In this document: piece after piece, positions 61,446 to 64,000 of the stretch
Layout: every line of letters begins with the position of its first letter
Numbering within the stretch: the stretch's first letter is position 1
From: an uncultured Acidobacteriota bacterium
GTDB taxonomy: Bacteria; Acidobacteriota; UBA6911
Reading direction: 5' to 3'
Length of the DNA stretch: 64,000 bases
Assembly (NCBI GenBank): GCA_963843575.1
Contig: CAWJKZ010000009.1
Span: forward strand, 96,001 to 160,000
Translations under genes and position numbers: made by a program
Notes under the pieces: model-generated
Told to the model about the DNA's origin: nothing
The model's input: the letters and a program-made list of their open reading frames with translations, nothing else
Database searches by the model: none

Positions 61446-64000
61446 CTAGAAGATGGCCTTGAAGACCATCTGGACCGAGCGCATCGGGTAGAAACTGCTC
61501 GCCCGCGCAAACGAGGCGGACGTCAGCGATGCGGATGCTCCGGAAATATTGACGTGGTTCAGGATGTTTGATGACTGCAGCTGGTACTGCAGCGCAAGCC
61601 GCTCGCCAATGCGGAATTTCTTCCCGAAAGACAGGTCGAAGCGGGTGTAACCCGGTCTGTGGAAGTTGTTCCGGGGAAGTGTGCCGATGCGGATGTCTCC
61701 CGCGCTGGGAAGCGGGAAGATGCTCGCGCTCATGGCGCCGTTCATCCATTCAGACTTGCTGAAGGACGTGGGCACATTCGAGGTCGGCATATCGGGGCGG
61801 TCGCTGCGCTGCCCGTCGGCATTGAAGTCGCCGCCGTCGCCGTACCTGGAACCCGTTGTGGGGTTGAAGTATGGCCCGGACTCGATGTTGGCGATCCCGG
61901 AGAGCTGCCATCCTCCGAGGAATGTGCCCACCACATCGTTGCGTCCGCGGAACATGGGGAGATCCCACACCGCGTTCATCTTAATGCCGTGAGTAGAGGA
62001 CTCGTCGCGTGCCCAATCCAGTTCAGGATGGAACACTTCGGTGACGCCGCCATAGTTGGTGCGGCCATTGTGGTAGCTGTAGGAACCAGTCATTTGCCAT
62101 CCGTGGGCCAGTCGTTTGCTCAGCTCAAAGACCATGCCGTGGTAGATTCGCCGGCCGCCATTGTAATTGAGGTTGATCGAACCGTAGTGCGGGTTGATTC
62201 GATCGATGTTGCCGTCGAGGAGATCCCCGGATACCCGGTTGGTGTTATACGAAAGAAGATCGTTCGTGGACCGCCGGTAGTGATAGGCAACGGTGGCGGC
62301 CAGGTTCGTCAGGACCTGCCGCTGATAGGCGACGTTTACATCGTATACGGTCGGGGAAGCCAAGTCCCTCGCGTAGCCGGTGATCGTCGGCTGCGTGCCC
62401 TCGAATACTCCCCAGTTGGAGTCTATCCCGGGTCCGACAAGGTTGGGATTGATAGGGAAGTTCCGTGTCCCTTCCGGTGCGATGCCGTAGACGATGGGGA
62501 TCCCGTAGTCGGGTCCGGCGTTGAGCGTCGACGAGATGGGCGGGTTCCCGTAGAAGTTGCGGTAGAGGTTAAGGGAGTTGAATTCGTCATGCAGCAGGAA
62601 CAGCCCGGCGCGGATCACATTCTTACCCGTGCCTTTGGGATCCCACGCCATGCTGATCCGCGGGCTGAAGTTATTCAGGTCTTTGTCGAAACTCGTGGTA
62701 ACGGGCTTGTTCGCTACCGTTGTGACCCCCTGCGGATTGACTTGGCTATTGGTAAAGAGCGGGCCGTAGGTATCTCTCGGCTGCTGCATGCCGTCGAGTT
62801 TGTGGGGAGCGTAATAATCCCACCGGAGGCCGAGGTTCAGGGTCAGGCCGTGGCGTACCTGCCAGGAGTTCTGTGCGAAAAACGAAAGCTGCATGTTCCT
62901 GGCTTCCACGAACGGGTTCCTGAGCTCACCAGTTGCCGCGTCGACACTCCTGATCTCCGAATACGGGTTGTCATTGGCAAAGTCAATGGCACTCGCAAAC
63001 GTGTAGGCCGGAGTGTCGCCGTACAGGTAAGCCGGGTCGGTCAGATAGACGCGACGCCAGCTGCCGCCGAATTTCCAGGTCTGCGCCCCGCGGTTCCACG
63101 AGAAGGTGTCGTTGATCGAGTATACTTTCGCATCCTGGACCTCATAGGAGTAGCTGCACGCACCGGAGAACGTAGACGGGAAGCTGATACCGTCTTCGGT
63201 CTGGATACAGGGGACGTTGTACCGGTCCTTTTTGAACCGCCAGTCCCAGTTCGGGCCGTGCATTCTCGAGAACCGGAGTTCGTTCAGGGCGCTGGTTGTG
63301 AACGTGCGGACGTAGGCGAGGCTGACAAGGTCAGCCCCGGTCTTTTGCGCGTAATCCATGGTCGGGCGGACGTCCAGCTGGCTCTGATCGTTCCGGGTTC
63401 TCCAGAACGAGCCGTAAATCCTGTCTTTTGCGCTTCTGCTCTGGTAGTCCGCGCGACCGTTGTACTGGTTCCCCTGACGGTCGCTCGGGCGATCCATCGT
63501 GATCGTACCGATGTCCATGATTCCGTCATTGTTGAGATCGACCAGGTTGCGATCCGCATACTTGAAGGGGGGGTCGCTCGCCATCACTTTGGCGGCAACT
63601 GAGTTCGGACTCTTCGAGGTCACCCAGTCCTTGAACGCCTGCGTCTCCACGATGACATCCGAACCGCCGGGAGCCGATCTCTGTTCGCGCAAGCCTTCAT
63701 AGGCTCCAAAGAAGAACAGGCGATCCTTGATGACGGGGCCGCCAACCGTGCCGCCAAAGAAACGCTGGTACCAGGGGCCGACGTCTTCGGCCTTCGCGTT
63801 AAATGGCAGAGCGTTGAAGGTGTCGTCCAGGAAGGTGAAATGTCCGGTGCCGTGAATGTTGTTGGTGCCGCTCTTGGTCACCATCTGCACCTGGACGCCG
63901 CTGAGAATCCCTTCCTCCGCAGAGGTGGGGTTGGTGGAGACACGCATTTCTTCAACGGCATCAGGATTGGGGGTAAAGGCCAGGTTCCAGGAGGTGGCGT
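61446..64000 (-). CDS. Oar-type TonB-dependent receptor (5' part beyond window)
   Basis: VTKSGTNNIHG, FGGTVGGPVIKDRLFFF, FAQNSWQV...LTLNLGLRWDY, NNFSPRI, C-terminal RSVQMVFKAIF. Confidence 0.92.
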   Translation of the reverse strand, partial: ATSWNLAFTPNPDAVEEMRVSTNPTSAEEGILSGVQVQMVTKSGTNNIHGTGHFTFLDDTFNALPFNAKAEDVGPWYQRFFGGTVGGPVIKDRLFFFGAYEGLREQRSAPGGSDVIVETQAFKDWVTSKSPNSVAAKVMASDPPFKYADRNLVDLNNDGIMDIGTITMDRPSDRQGNQYNGRADYQSRSAKDRIYGSFWRTRNDQSQLDVRPTMDYAQKTGADLVSLAYVRTFTTSALNELRFSRMHGPNWDWRFKKDRYNVPCIQTEDGISFPSTFSGACSYSYEVQDAKVYSINDTFSWNRGAQTWKFGGSWRRVYLTDPAYLYGDTPAYTFASAIDFANDNPYSEIRSVDAATGELRNPFVEARNMQLSFFAQNSWQVRHGLTLNLGLRWDYYAPHKLDGMQQPRDTYGPLFTNSQVNPQGVTTVANKPVTTSFDKDLNNFSPRISMAWDPKGTGKNVIRAGLFLLHDEFNSLNLYRNFYGNPPISSTLNAGPDYGIPIVYGIAPEGTRNFPINPNLVGPGIDSNWGVFEGTQPTITGYARDLASPTVYDVNVAYQRQVLTNLAATVAYHYRRSTNDLLSYNTNRVSGDLLDGNIDRINPHYGSINLNYNGGRRIYHGMVFELSKRLAHGWQMTGSYSYHNGRTNYGGVTEVFHPELDWARDESSTHGIKMNAVWDLPMFRGRNDVVGTFLGGWQLSGIANIESGPYFNPTTGSRYGDGGDFNADGQRSDRPDMPTSNVPTSFSKSEWMNGAMSASIFPLPSAGDIRIGTLPRNNFHRPGYTRFDLSFGKKFRIGERLALQYQLQSSNILNHVNISGASASLTSASFARASSFYPMRSVQMVFKAIF

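Noticed and set aside
1-64000. CRISPR array, tRNA/rRNA, integron attC array, cobalamin riboswitch near the corrinoid genes
   Set aside because: I recognised no regularly spaced repeats, cloverleafs, attC boxes or B12-box by eye. A covariance search was not possible.

Overview
GC-rich bacterial window, probably Acidobacteriota (inferred from Oar-type TonB receptors, an ECF/Ser-Thr-kinase/TolB-repeat module and a YFPQVAxGGGY domain protein). The left half (1-30.4 kb) is a patchwork of gene remnants and insertion sequences around an intact panB-panE-panC-coaX operon that has a pan RNA hairpin in its leader. It holds two near-identical, oppositely oriented copies of a 1.84-kb IS1111-type (IS110 family) element, both inserted in the same 11-bp target GAAACGGCGTT. 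The bridge-RNA guides and the circle-junction promoter can be read directly from the sequence. Unusually, the element also has a long structured left end that contains a copy of its own target. The right half (30.5-64 kb) is a large PUL-like catabolic locus. It has eight secreted DUF4038 (GH140/apiosidase-like) paralogs, a TonB receptor, an ApsD-like dehydrogenase, a DUF1537 acid-sugar kinase, two non-pyrrolysine MttB methyltransferases, a corrinoid protein, a URO-D/MtaA-like protein, PLP and ThDP enzymes and several transporters, with a shared ATCATAC operator-like motif. Many genes carry single-base frameshifts, which may be assembly error or decay. All family calls come from motif recognition by eye; no database searches were run.
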